From Vulcanimicrobiaceae bacterium (lineage in GTDB: Bacteria; Vulcanimicrobiota; Vulcanimicrobiia; Vulcanimicrobiales; Vulcanimicrobiaceae), in NCBI GenBank assembly GCA_035938175.1, contig DASZHD010000046.1, forward strand, positions 9,294-73,293: DNA of 64,000 nt, read 5' to 3'. The notes beneath the pieces are model-generated. The model had not been told where the DNA came from, did no database searches, and saw nothing but the letters and a program-made list of their open reading frames with translations. The translations under genes and the position numbers were made by a program. Below are positions 46,825 to 55,225 of the stretch, in pieces (the stretch's first letter is position 1; each line of letters opens with the position of its first letter).

Positions 46825-47724
46825 ATGGAATATCCCTACTATCTCGTCGACGTCTTTACGACGACGCCGCTTGAAGGCAATGCACTTGCCGTATTTCCGG
46901 ATGCCTCCGGCCTTGACAAACCGCGCATGCAGCGCATCGCCCGCGAACTGAACTTATCCGAAACGACGTTCGTCTTCCCGGCGGAATCTGTCGAAGGCGC
47001 GACGCGCGTCCGGATCTTTACTCCTACGTACGAAATGACGTTCGCCGGACACCCCACGATCGGAACGGCGTTTGTCCTGCGCGAATCGGGAATCGTCGAT
47101 CGCAATGCGCCGGCGCTGTTTTTGGACGAGAACATCGGCCGAGTACGGGTTCGCGTCGACGAACGGGACGAACTTCTCTGGTTGACGACGCCGCCGATCC
47201 GCAAAATTGCGGAGTTTCCGCGCGAGCGTTGCGCCGCGGCGCTCTCACTTGGCGACTCCGATCTGATTCCGGACGTCCCGTGTGAACTGCTCTCCGCCGG
47301 AAATCCCACGATCTTCGTTCCGCTGAAGAGTCGCGGCTTGGTCGACCGCGTTTCCGTGAACGTATCCGCGTTTGAAGAGTTGACTCGAACTTGCGACGAG
47401 CCGGTCTGTCTTTTCCCGTTTGCGCCGGTGGAAACCGGTGCGTTTTCGCGCATGTTTTCACCGGAACTAGGGATCGTCGAGGATCCCGCGACGGGCAGCG
47501 CGACCGGGCCGCTGGCAAGATTCATGATGACGTACGGGCTTGCTCCGCGCGCCGGCGGCTCGCGGTTCGTCAGCGAGCAAGGTGTGAAGATGGGCCGGCG
47601 CAGCGTGCTGCATATTCTCGTGCACGGCGAGGACGGCGCCGATGGCATCGAAGTCGGCGGCAATGTGACGCCGGTAGGACGCGGAACGCTAACGGTTTCG
47701 TCCGGAAACTCCCCAAACGGGTAG
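46825..47724 (+). CDS. PhzF-family isomerase
   Basis: YYLVDVFTTTPLEGNALAVF...ARELNLSETTFV...FAGHPTIG...EDPATGSATGPLA. Confidence 0.9.
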   Translation: MEYPYYLVDVFTTTPLEGNALAVFPDASGLDKPRMQRIARELNLSETTFVFPAESVEGATRVRIFTPTYEMTFAGHPTIGTAFVLRESGIVDRNAPALFLDENIGRVRVRVDERDELLWLTTPPIRKIAEFPRERCAAALSLGDSDLIPDVPCELLSAGNPTIFVPLKSRGLVDRVSVNVSAFEELTRTCDEPVCLFPFAPVETGAFSRMFSPELGIVEDPATGSATGPLARFMMTYGLAPRAGGSRFVSEQGVKMGRRSVLHILVHGEDGADGIEVGGNVTPVGRGTLTVSSGNSPNG

Positions 47725-47756
47725 AACCTCGATACGCTTTTACGAAAGGATTCAGA

Positions 47757-48131
47757 ATGTCAGCTGCCGTTCGCTCGCTTCTTGCTTCCGCTGCAGTTCT
47801 GATCGCAATCGGCACGCCGATTGCAACGTGCGCAACGGGGCCCGGTAATGGACCGCCCGGCGGTAAGTATCGCGACTGCCATGGATACGTGCGGCACGTA
47901 TCGCTCGAGAACGTCCGCGTTCACTGCATCGACGGGACGCCTGCCGACGTCTCATTCTTAGCGTGGCCGAAATTCGTGGAGATGCCCAGCGGTAAAACGA
48001 TGGAATCGAAAGATCTGAAGCCGGGAACTCCCGTTCACGTCATTTTCACGCAATCGCTCGGCGTGCGCCACGCGTACAAGGTGTATCTGGCCGATCCCAA
48101 AGGACGCGGCCTCTTCGGCTTCAAGACGTAA
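47757..48131 (+). CDS. small secreted protein (paralog of 49083..49424)
   Basis: Signal peptide at the internal ATG (MSAAVRSLLASAAVLIAIGTPIATCA). YVRHVSLENVRVHC...SFLAWPKF...DLKPGTPVHVIF...GVRHAYKVYL aligns with the 49083 ORF. Confidence 0.55.
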   Translation: MSAAVRSLLASAAVLIAIGTPIATCATGPGNGPPGGKYRDCHGYVRHVSLENVRVHCIDGTPADVSFLAWPKFVEMPSGKTMESKDLKPGTPVHVIFTQSLGVRHAYKVYLADPKGRGLFGFKT

Positions 48132-48198
48132 CCGTCGCAAGATTCTCCGCCGTTCGTAGAAAACGAAATGCAGCTCGTGCGCTGCGTAGGAGTTTACG

Positions 48199-48615
48199 TT
48201 GGACGGCTTAGCCTTCGTGCAGAATCTTCCCAAACACGATCCTATGCCGATGGCGCGGCATTTCGACTTGAAGATCCTTGATGTCCAGCGCGGTTCCGTC
48301 GTCGCAACTGCCGCGCCGGACGAACGTCACGAAAATCCGTTTCGCGTGGTTCAGGGCGGATTTGCCGCGACGGTGCTGGATATCGTGCTCGGCCTGGTGT
48401 CGATTACCGAATTGACCGGCGATATGCAATCGGTCGCGACGACGGACCTAAGCGTCCGGTACATCCGCGCAATTCGCGAAGATACCGGTCTGGTTACCGT
48501 TCGCGGCCGGACGATTCATGCCGGTAACCGCGTCGTGGTTGCCGAGTGCCGTCTGGAAAACGCAGAAGGTAACCTGTGCGCGATCGCCCAGTCGACCAGC
48601 CTGATCGGTCGATAG
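48199..48615 (+). CDS. PaaI-family hotdog thioesterase
   Basis: ENPFRVVQGGFAATVLDIVLG, followed by a GR.IHAGNRVVVAEC.L pattern. Confidence 0.8.
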   Translation: MDGLAFVQNLPKHDPMPMARHFDLKILDVQRGSVVATAAPDERHENPFRVVQGGFAATVLDIVLGLVSITELTGDMQSVATTDLSVRYIRAIREDTGLVTVRGRTIHAGNRVVVAECRLENAEGNLCAIAQSTSLIGR

Positions 48616-48624
48616 TGGAAAATG

Positions 48625-48981
48625 CTACGAAACTAGCAGCATCGGGAATTCGTCGACCGTGGAAGCGTCGCGAACCGCGTCTTCTTGACGATCGTAAAAC
48701 GCAAAGGCCGAGGCTAGTCCCGTTACTTCCAGGAGCCGTCGCGGGCGTTTGGTCATCGCCACCAGACGCACGGGATCCGGAACCTCGGGGCGAGCGCGTT
48801 TCTTTAATTGCAGCAAGAACCGCAGAAAGGTCGTATCGGCGAAATCGACGTGACGCAGGTCCAGCACGATCACGTCGTAGGAGGAGAAAGACGCACAGAG
48901 CCGCGCCAGCATGGGCGTCGAGGAGAAATCGATATCGCCGCCTAGCGCGACAATACGCGCCCGGAGATCGGTATGGGGCAT
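48625..48981 (-). CDS. STAS-domain protein (anti-sigma-factor antagonist-like)
   Basis: LGGDIDFSS...VIVLDLRHVDFADTTFLRFLLQLKK. No partner kinase or sigma factor lies nearby. Confidence 0.7.
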   Translation of the reverse strand: MPHTDLRARIVALGGDIDFSSTPMLARLCASFSSYDVIVLDLRHVDFADTTFLRFLLQLKKRARPEVPDPVRLVAMTKRPRRLLEVTGLASAFAFYDRQEDAVRDASTVDEFPMLLVS

Positions 48982-49082
48982 GTCCGAAGCATAACCGGGC
49001 TATCTTAGCGTAGACTTAGAGCGCTGTACGGCCTTTCGACCGCCGGTGACAGAGGGCCGCCGGTTTTGGGTAACTGCGGGTC

Positions 49083-49424
49083 ATGAAAACGTTGAGAACC
49101 ATCGTCGCATCGGCCGTTGCCGCGGGCCTTTTCCTGGCCCCGCATGCGGCATTCGCCGCTTCGACCTTCTATGGCATCGTTCAGCACATGTCCGTGCAAA
49201 ATATCAAGGTGTACAATCCCAAGTCCCATCAGGCACTCAGTTTCCTTTTGGTGCCGAAGTTCGACCAGATTTTCTCCGCCGACGGGAAGACGACGTATCA
49301 GATGAAGGACGTTAAGCCCGGGCGGTACGTCGGCATCATTTACGATCAAAAAGCCCTCGGCGCCCGCCACGCCGACAAGATCTATCTCTTGACGAACGCC
49401 AATCAGAAGATCGGCGAGCAATAG
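49083..49424 (+). CDS. small secreted protein (paralog of 47757..48131)
   Basis: Signal peptide (AVAAGLFLAPHAAFA). IVQHMSVQNIKVYN...SFLLVPKF...DVKPGRYVGIIY...GARHADKIYL. Confidence 0.6.
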   Translation: MKTLRTIVASAVAAGLFLAPHAAFAASTFYGIVQHMSVQNIKVYNPKSHQALSFLLVPKFDQIFSADGKTTYQMKDVKPGRYVGIIYDQKALGARHADKIYLLTNANQKIGEQ

Positions 49425-49461
49425 CCGTCCTTGTGAGGGCCGCCGGGGGATTGCACGCGTC

Positions 49462-49674
49462 GTGATCGTCCATTTTTCAAAACACGACCTCATCGCGCGC
49501 CTGGGAGAGCCGGCCGAAGAAAACGTGCGGCCGGATCCCTCGCAGAGCGGGAAAATGCTCTCGGTTCTGCGTTGGGACTGCGGGTGCGGCGCGATGAAAT
49601 CGCAGGACGATCAGCTCTGGGAATGGGAACCCGGCGACTGCACGCAGCATCGAGACGGGCTGCACGAATCGTAG
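49462..49674 (+). CDS. hypothetical small protein
   Basis: 70-aa ORF with a GTG start, ending just before a strong terminator. No motif recognised. Confidence 0.3.
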   Translation: MIVHFSKHDLIARLGEPAEENVRPDPSQSGKMLSVLRWDCGCGAMKSQDDQLWEWEPGDCTQHRDGLHES

Positions 49675-49694
49675 CCCCGCAATAATAAAAGAAG

Positions 49695-49725
49695 AAGAGC
49701 GGCGATTGTGCGCCGCTCTTTTTTA
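49695..49725. terminator. bidirectional intrinsic terminator
   Basis: Perfect 10-bp stem (aagagcggcg at 49695-704 with cgccgctctt at 49711-720) and a 6-nt loop. There is a T-run on the plus strand and a T-rich tract on the minus strand. It sits between convergent stops at 49674 and 49739. Confidence 0.75.
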
Positions 49726-49738
49726 ACCGGTTACGGCT

Positions 49739-50137
49739 TTACGCCGCTTTCTTTTTGCGTCCGCCTTTTTTGCGGCCGCCCTTTTTGCGTCCGGCCTTCT
49801 TGCGTCCGCCTGCGGATGCTGCTGATTTCTTGCGTCCGCCCTTTTTGCGTCCGGCTTTCTTACGACCGCCCGCGGCTTTCTTGCGTCCGCCCTTCTTGCG
49901 TCCGCCCGTCGATTTCTTGCGTCCGCCTTTCTTGCGTCCGCCGGTCGATTTCTTACGTCCGCCTTTGCGTGCACCGGTCGATTTCTTGCGTCCGCCTTTG
50001 CGTGCGCCCGTCGATTTCTTGCGGCCGCCCGCGGCTTTACGGCCCGCGGATTTCTTACGGCCGCCTTTGCGGCGCCCGCCACGACGTCCCGATGATTCTT
50101 CCATCGTTCCGCCGTTTTGCATCATGTCGGAATCCAT
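49739..50137 (-). CDS. highly basic GGRKK-repeat protein (histone H1 / Hc1 / AlgP-like)
   Basis: 132 aa with a short acidic N-terminus (MDSDMMQNGGTMEESS) followed by about 20 repeats of GGRKK(S/A)(T/A)G. Lys+Arg exceed 40% of residues. The underlying DNA is tandemly repetitive. Confidence 0.7.
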   Translation of the reverse strand: MDSDMMQNGGTMEESSGRRGGRRKGGRKKSAGRKAAGGRKKSTGARKGGRKKSTGARKGGRKKSTGGRKKGGRKKSTGGRKKGGRKKAAGGRKKAGRKKGGRKKSAASAGGRKKAGRKKGGRKKGGRKKKAA

Positions 50138-50341
50138 TCTTCCTCCCTTCGTCCCCGGGGACGAACTCGAGATGGTGGACAGCGCAATTTAGCGCTTTGT
50201 GCGCATCATAAGTAATTTTCGCAAGAATTGCAAATCGAGGGTGTATTTGCTGTTGACGAAGACTTCACAAATGGTGTATCGCGCGCACGCGCGTTGTCCT
50301 CAATTTGCCCCCGGCTTGACCGCGGGGGTATACTAGGGCCC

Positions 50342-52480
50342 GTGAAAAAGCCCGTGATTATCGTGGAATCGCCGACCAAGGCACGCACGATAAAGAAGTT
50401 TCTGCCGCCGAGGTACGTGGTCAAAGCATCGGTCGGACACGTTCGCGATCTTCCGAAGAGCACGCTCGGCGTGGACGTGGAGCACGGGTTTGCGCCGAAG
50501 TACCTGACCATCAAAGGCAAGGGCGAGGTCATCAAAGATCTCAAGTCGGCGGTCAAAGGCGCGAGCGATGTCTACCTGGCCACCGACCCCGATCGCGAAG
50601 GCGAGGCAATCGCCTGGCATTTGGCCGAGCTGCTGAAACTGGAAGATCCTAAGCGCATCGAGCTGCACGAGATCACCAAAGAAGCGGCGCTGGCGGCGCT
50701 CAAAAATCCGCATCCCATCGATATCGATCGGGTCAACGCTCAGCAAGCGCGGCGGATTCTCGACCGTCTCGTGGGCTACAAAATCTCACCGCTGCTGTGG
50801 GCGAAAGTGCGCGGCGGCCTTTCGGCCGGGCGCGTGCAGTCCGTCGCGGTTCGGCTCATCGTCGATCGGGAACGCGAAATCGCCGCGTTCGTACCCCGCG
50901 AATATTGGACCATTACGGCGCAATTGGCCACCCGGCGCGAACCGTCGCTGGTCTTCCCCGCCGATCTGCTGCTGCGCTCGGGCGAGAAATTCGTACCGGA
51001 GAACAAAGCGCAAGCCGACGCGGTCCTTGCCGATTTGGAAGGCGCGCAGTATCGCGTTGCTTCCATAAAACAGCGCGAGGTCAAACGCAATGCCACGGCC
51101 CCGTTTACCACCTCGACGCTGCAGCAAGAAGCCTCGCGTAAGCTCAAATTGCGCGTCCGCCGTACCATGCAGATCGCGCAGGCGTTGTACGAGGGCGTCG
51201 ATTTAGGTGCCGAGGGCACCGTCGGTCTCATCACCTACATGCGCACCGACTCCACGCGCATTTCCGATCAGGCTCGCGAAAATGCGCGCGAGTACATCGT
51301 CGAGACGTACGGCGAGGCGTTTCACGGCGGCCGCGCTCACCGGGTCCGGGAAGGCGCGCAGGACGCGCACGAAGCGATACGGCCTACCTCGGTCCACCGC
51401 ACGCCCGAGCAGATGGCGCATGTGCTCAAGCGTGACGAACTCCGTCTGTATACGCTTATTTGGAACCGTTTCGTGGCCTCGCAGATGTCGGCGGCGGTGT
51501 TCGATCAAACCACCGTGGATATCGCAGCCAAGCAGTATACGTTCCGCGCCACCGGCAGCGTTCTGAAGTTCGCCGGTTTCACCAAGATCTACGAGGAAGG
51601 GCGCGACGACGCCGCCGCGGCTGCCCAGCCGGGCGCCGAAGGCGACGATATGGCAAAGCGCCGCCTTCCCAAACTCGAAGCCGATCAGGATTTGGACCTG
51701 CACAAACTCGAGCCCAAGCAGCATTTCACCGAGCCGCCGCCGCGCTATACCGAAGCGTCGCTGGTGCGCGCGCTGGAAGAGAACCGCATCGGCCGGCCGT
51801 CGACGTACAGCACGATTGTCGAGACAATCCAAGCCCGCGGCTACGTCACGCAAGTCGACCGCCGTTTCCAACCCACCGAAATCGGGATCGCCGTCAACGA
51901 TTTGCTGGCCGAGCACTTTCCGGATATCGTCGATCTCAATTTCACGGCGCAAATGGAAGGCGACTTGGATAAGGTCGCCGAGGGCGGCGAAGATTGGGTG
52001 CGGCTGCTGGACCGCTTCTACGGGCCGTTCGTCAAAGAACTCGACGAAGCGGAAAAGAAACTGCCGCGGCTAGAGATCAAGGACGAGCCGACGGATGAAA
52101 TTTGTCCGAACTGCGGCCGGCCGATGGTCATCAAGACGGGCCGCTTCGGGCGCTTTATCTCGTGCACGGGGTATCCGGAGTGCAAGACGACGCGTCCGAT
52201 TCTCAAAGACACGGGCGCGAAATGTCCCAAAGACGGCGGCATGATCGTCGAGCGCAAATCCCGCAAAGGCCGCGTGTTCTACGGGTGCGCAAATTATCCG
52301 AAGTGCGATTTCGTCTCTTGGGATCGCGTCGTTCCGCAGCCGTGTCCGGTATGCGGTTCGTACGTCGTGGCCAAAACGCGGCGCGGCGGCAACACGATTT
52401 TAGAATGCAGTGCGAACAAAGAACACGACGTGAGCGCACTGGCGACCCAGGAAGCCGAACCCGAACTCGTTTCATCTTAA
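50342..52480 (+). CDS. topA: DNA topoisomerase I
   Basis: Toprim N-terminus (VIIVESPTKARTI..FL, ATDPDREGEAIAWH), the active-site region (ITYMRTDSTR), and three C-terminal Zn ribbons (CPNCG...CTGYPEC, etc.). I prefer the GTG at 50342 (VKKPVIIVES). Confidence 0.95.
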   Translation: MKKPVIIVESPTKARTIKKFLPPRYVVKASVGHVRDLPKSTLGVDVEHGFAPKYLTIKGKGEVIKDLKSAVKGASDVYLATDPDREGEAIAWHLAELLKLEDPKRIELHEITKEAALAALKNPHPIDIDRVNAQQARRILDRLVGYKISPLLWAKVRGGLSAGRVQSVAVRLIVDREREIAAFVPREYWTITAQLATRREPSLVFPADLLLRSGEKFVPENKAQADAVLADLEGAQYRVASIKQREVKRNATAPFTTSTLQQEASRKLKLRVRRTMQIAQALYEGVDLGAEGTVGLITYMRTDSTRISDQARENAREYIVETYGEAFHGGRAHRVREGAQDAHEAIRPTSVHRTPEQMAHVLKRDELRLYTLIWNRFVASQMSAAVFDQTTVDIAAKQYTFRATGSVLKFAGFTKIYEEGRDDAAAAAQPGAEGDDMAKRRLPKLEADQDLDLHKLEPKQHFTEPPPRYTEASLVRALEENRIGRPSTYSTIVETIQARGYVTQVDRRFQPTEIGIAVNDLLAEHFPDIVDLNFTAQMEGDLDKVAEGGEDWVRLLDRFYGPFVKELDEAEKKLPRLEIKDEPTDEICPNCGRPMVIKTGRFGRFISCTGYPECKTTRPILKDTGAKCPKDGGMIVERKSRKGRVFYGCANYPKCDFVSWDRVVPQPCPVCGSYVVAKTRRGGNTILECSANKEHDVSALATQEAEPELVSS

Positions 52481-52502
52481 ACTTTCGGAAGGTTCACCGA
52501 TC

Positions 52503-53936
52503 TTGTCAAAGCGTCTAACCGTTATCGGCGCGGGCCTTGCCGGAAGCGAGGCCGCTTGGCAAGCGGCGCTATGCGGCGTTGCCGTCGATCTCTACGAAAT
52601 GCGCCCGCAGAAAAGCGGTCCCGCCCATCACACGGGAAATTTTGCCGAGCTGGTCTGCAGTAATTCATTTCGCGGCGCCGCGCTCGAGAATGCCGTCGGT
52701 TTGTTGAAAGCGGAACTGGAACTTCTCGATTCGCTCGTGATGGCGTCGGCGCGCGATGCCGCGGTGCCGGCCGGCGGCGCCTTGGCGGTGGATCGCGACC
52801 GCTTTTCGCAAGCCGTACAAGCACGAATCGAATCGCAGCCGCTGATCGCGGTGCATCGCGAAGAAGTGCTGACGATTCCGCTCGACCGTCCCGCGATCGT
52901 TGCGTGCGGGCCGCTGCCGAGTACGGAGTTTTTGGGGGAGATTGATGGGGTGTTGGGGAGGGTGGACCCTTCGATGCCTCAGGGTGGTTCGATTCCTCAC
53001 CATGACAAATCGAGGCTGCACTACTACGATGCCGCCTCGCCGATCGTCGCCGCCGATTCGATCGACGAACGTCCCATGTATCGCAAATCGCGATACGAAA
53101 AAGGCGACGGCGACGACTACCTCAATATTCCCCTAACGAAAGAGCAGTATCTTCAACTGCTCGCGGATTTGCGCACGCTGCCGCGGCACGAAACCAAAGC
53201 GTTCGAAGATGCAAAATATTTTGAAGGCTGTCTTCCGATCGAAGAGATGGCCGATCGCGGCGACGACGTGCTGCGCTTCGGACCCATGAAGCCCGTCGGA
53301 CTGCGCGATCCGCGCACCGGAAAAACGCCGTACGCGGTCGTGCAGTTGCGCAAAGAAAACGTCGCGGGCACGGCGTTCAATTTGGTCGGTTTTCAAACTC
53401 GTCTCACCTGGCCGTCGCAAAAGGAAGCGTTCCAAAAACTTCCCGGGTTGGAACGCGCGGAATGGCTGCGCTTGGGCGTTATGCACCGCAACACGTTCAT
53501 CGACTCGCCGCACCTGTTGGGGCCGGACCTGCGTTTGCGCGGAACGCCGTCGCTGTATTTTGCCGGACAGATCACCGGAGCCGAAGGGTACGTCGAGGCC
53601 GCCGCTTGCGGCGCCATGACCGGCATCCACGCCGCGCGCCAAATCCTGGAACTGCCCGCGGTGGAGTTTCCGGATACGAGCGCGTTCGGCGCGATCGTCG
53701 CGCACCTGCAGAACACCCAGACGCCGGACTTTCAGCCCGCAAATGTCACATGGGCGCCGTTTCCGCCGCTTGATCCGCAGACCGTTGCGAGCCTCGGAAA
53801 GCGCCCAGACAAAAAGGTGCGGCGGCGGATGCTTGCGGAACGCTCGCTGGCCGCAATGAACTTATTTGCCCGCGCGTTGAGGAGACATGATGATCGCAAC
53901 CCCTCCCACCACCTACTCGCCGCCCCGGCTCGTTAG
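52503..53936 (+). CDS. trmFO: methylenetetrahydrofolate--tRNA-(uracil-5)-methyltransferase
   Basis: LTVIGAGLAGSEAAWQ (FAD site), ELVCSNSFR, MHRNTFI, YFAGQITGAEGYVE. It contains an in-frame repeat-derived insertion (see findings). Confidence 0.9.
   Translation: MSKRLTVIGAGLAGSEAAWQAALCGVAVDLYEMRPQKSGPAHHTGNFAELVCSNSFRGAALENAVGLLKAELELLDSLVMASARDAAVPAGGALAVDRDRFSQAVQARIESQPLIAVHREEVLTIPLDRPAIVACGPLPSTEFLGEIDGVLGRVDPSMPQGGSIPHHDKSRLHYYDAASPIVAADSIDERPMYRKSRYEKGDGDDYLNIPLTKEQYLQLLADLRTLPRHETKAFEDAKYFEGCLPIEEMADRGDDVLRFGPMKPVGLRDPRTGKTPYAVVQLRKENVAGTAFNLVGFQTRLTWPSQKEAFQKLPGLERAEWLRLGVMHRNTFIDSPHLLGPDLRLRGTPSLYFAGQITGAEGYVEAAACGAMTGIHAARQILELPAVEFPDTSAFGAIVAHLQNTQTPDFQPANVTWAPFPPLDPQTVASLGKRPDKKVRRRMLAERSLAAMNLFARALRRHDDRNPSHHLLAAPAR
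52967..53006 (-). repeat. 49-nt repeat family copy inside trmFO
   Basis: cccttcgatgcctcagggtggttcgattcctcaccatgac (reverse orientation), read through in-frame as PSMPQGGSIPHHD. Confidence 0.8.
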
Positions 53937-55200
53937 CCGCGCCGCAAACGTCGTCGAACCGAAGGGAGCCGGCCACGTGCTGGTTCAGGTTCAGGTGAAC
54001 GCGGACGGTTCGTTCAAAGTCTTGCGCGTCATCCGTTCCAGCAATCCGGCCGACAATGCAGCCGCCCTGGACATCGCTTCGCATTCCAAGTACGCACCGG
54101 CGTTGAAAAACGGCGCGCCCGTCCGCTCGCTCTTCGATTTCGACGTCGTGTTCGGTCAAGAAGCGGTCAGCGGAGCGGCAGCGCAGATCGCCGCAATGCT
54201 GCACAAGAACGATTTCAACGGCGCCAAAGCGGCGGCTGAATCGGCGCTGACGCAAAATTCGAACAACCAGCTCGTGCAGGCGCAGCTCGGCGTTGCCGAC
54301 GCATTCTTGCACGACATCAGCGGAGCGGTTGCGGCATTCGACAAAGCCGGAACGATTCCGGAGATGTATCAAAACGTTGCGATGCAAGCGTATTCGCTCA
54401 ACGCCACGTCCCTTGCCGGCACGCAGCCGCAAGTCGCGCTCGCGCAAGCGCAAAGGGCCGTTTCGCTGAACGGTGACTACGGCGCCTACTATGCGCTCGG
54501 CGTTGCGCAGCAGGCTAACAAAAACAGCACGGCCGCATTGAGCGCGCTGGAGAAGGCCGAAAGCATGGCGCAAGGCGCGCATCCGCCCGCCGATGCCTCG
54601 AGTATGGCCAACATTTATCAAGCCATGCTTACCGCGGCGCAGGCGTCCGGCGACAAAGCGACCGTCGATCGCGTTTCTGCTCAAATCAACAAGTTGGATC
54701 CCGCGGCCGGCGGCAAGACGCTTGCTTACAATCTCGATTCGCAGGCAGCGGCAAAAGAACAGCAGCGCGATTTCTCCGCAGCCGTGGCTCTCTACGAAAA
54801 AGCCGCTCAAGCCTCTCCGCAATGGGCCGGTCCGCCCGAATACACGAAGGCCGCGATCGTCCTCGCAACCGAATCGCTGCCGAACTATCCCGCGGCGCGG
54901 ATCGAGGCCGAAAAAGCGATCGCCATAAATCCGAACTACGCGCCCGCGTATTATGTCAGTGCGGTGGCTATGGGGCAGGACGCGCTCGGCAACGGAAACA
55001 TGGACGAACTGCAGCGCGCCACGGACAATGCCTACAAGGCTGCCGATCTCGCTCAAAAAGTGGGAGACACGCAACTTGCTACGTCGGCACGATACTTTGC
55101 CAAGAACCATCAGCTCGATCAAAACCTGCAACAGTGGTCCACCGGCCTATCCACCAACTCGCGATACATGTCGAACAACGGGTACCAGCCCAACACGTAA
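53887..55200 (+). CDS. TonB-C-terminal-like domain + TPR-like repeat protein, no recognisable signal or anchor
   Basis: The N-terminal ~90 aa (GAGHVLVQVQVNADGSFKVLRVIRSSNPADNAAALDIASHSKYAPALKNGAPV) match the TonB_C pattern. The remainder is Ala-rich helical repeats. GAGGAG RBS before the ATG. Confidence 0.7.
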   Translation: MMIATPPTTYSPPRLVSRAANVVEPKGAGHVLVQVQVNADGSFKVLRVIRSSNPADNAAALDIASHSKYAPALKNGAPVRSLFDFDVVFGQEAVSGAAAQIAAMLHKNDFNGAKAAAESALTQNSNNQLVQAQLGVADAFLHDISGAVAAFDKAGTIPEMYQNVAMQAYSLNATSLAGTQPQVALAQAQRAVSLNGDYGAYYALGVAQQANKNSTAALSALEKAESMAQGAHPPADASSMANIYQAMLTAAQASGDKATVDRVSAQINKLDPAAGGKTLAYNLDSQAAAKEQQRDFSAAVALYEKAAQASPQWAGPPEYTKAAIVLATESLPNYPAARIEAEKAIAINPNYAPAYYVSAVAMGQDALGNGNMDELQRATDNAYKAADLAQKVGDTQLATSARYFAKNHQLDQNLQQWSTGLSTNSRYMSNNGYQPNT

Positions 55201-55225
55201 ATTGAAAATTCAGAGGTAAAGCACC

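Noticed and set aside
49745-50080. The tandem DNA repeats here considered as a non-coding satellite.
   Set aside because: The minus frame stays open for 132 codons with a consistent GGRKK periodicity, an ATG start and a terminator, so a coding repeat is more likely. The plus-strand ORFs (49708.., 49755..) are mirror artefacts.
50315-50334. ttgacc ... tatact upstream of topA as a sigma-70 promoter.
   Set aside because: The spacer is only about 8 nt instead of about 17, so it is not a functional -35/-10 pair as written.
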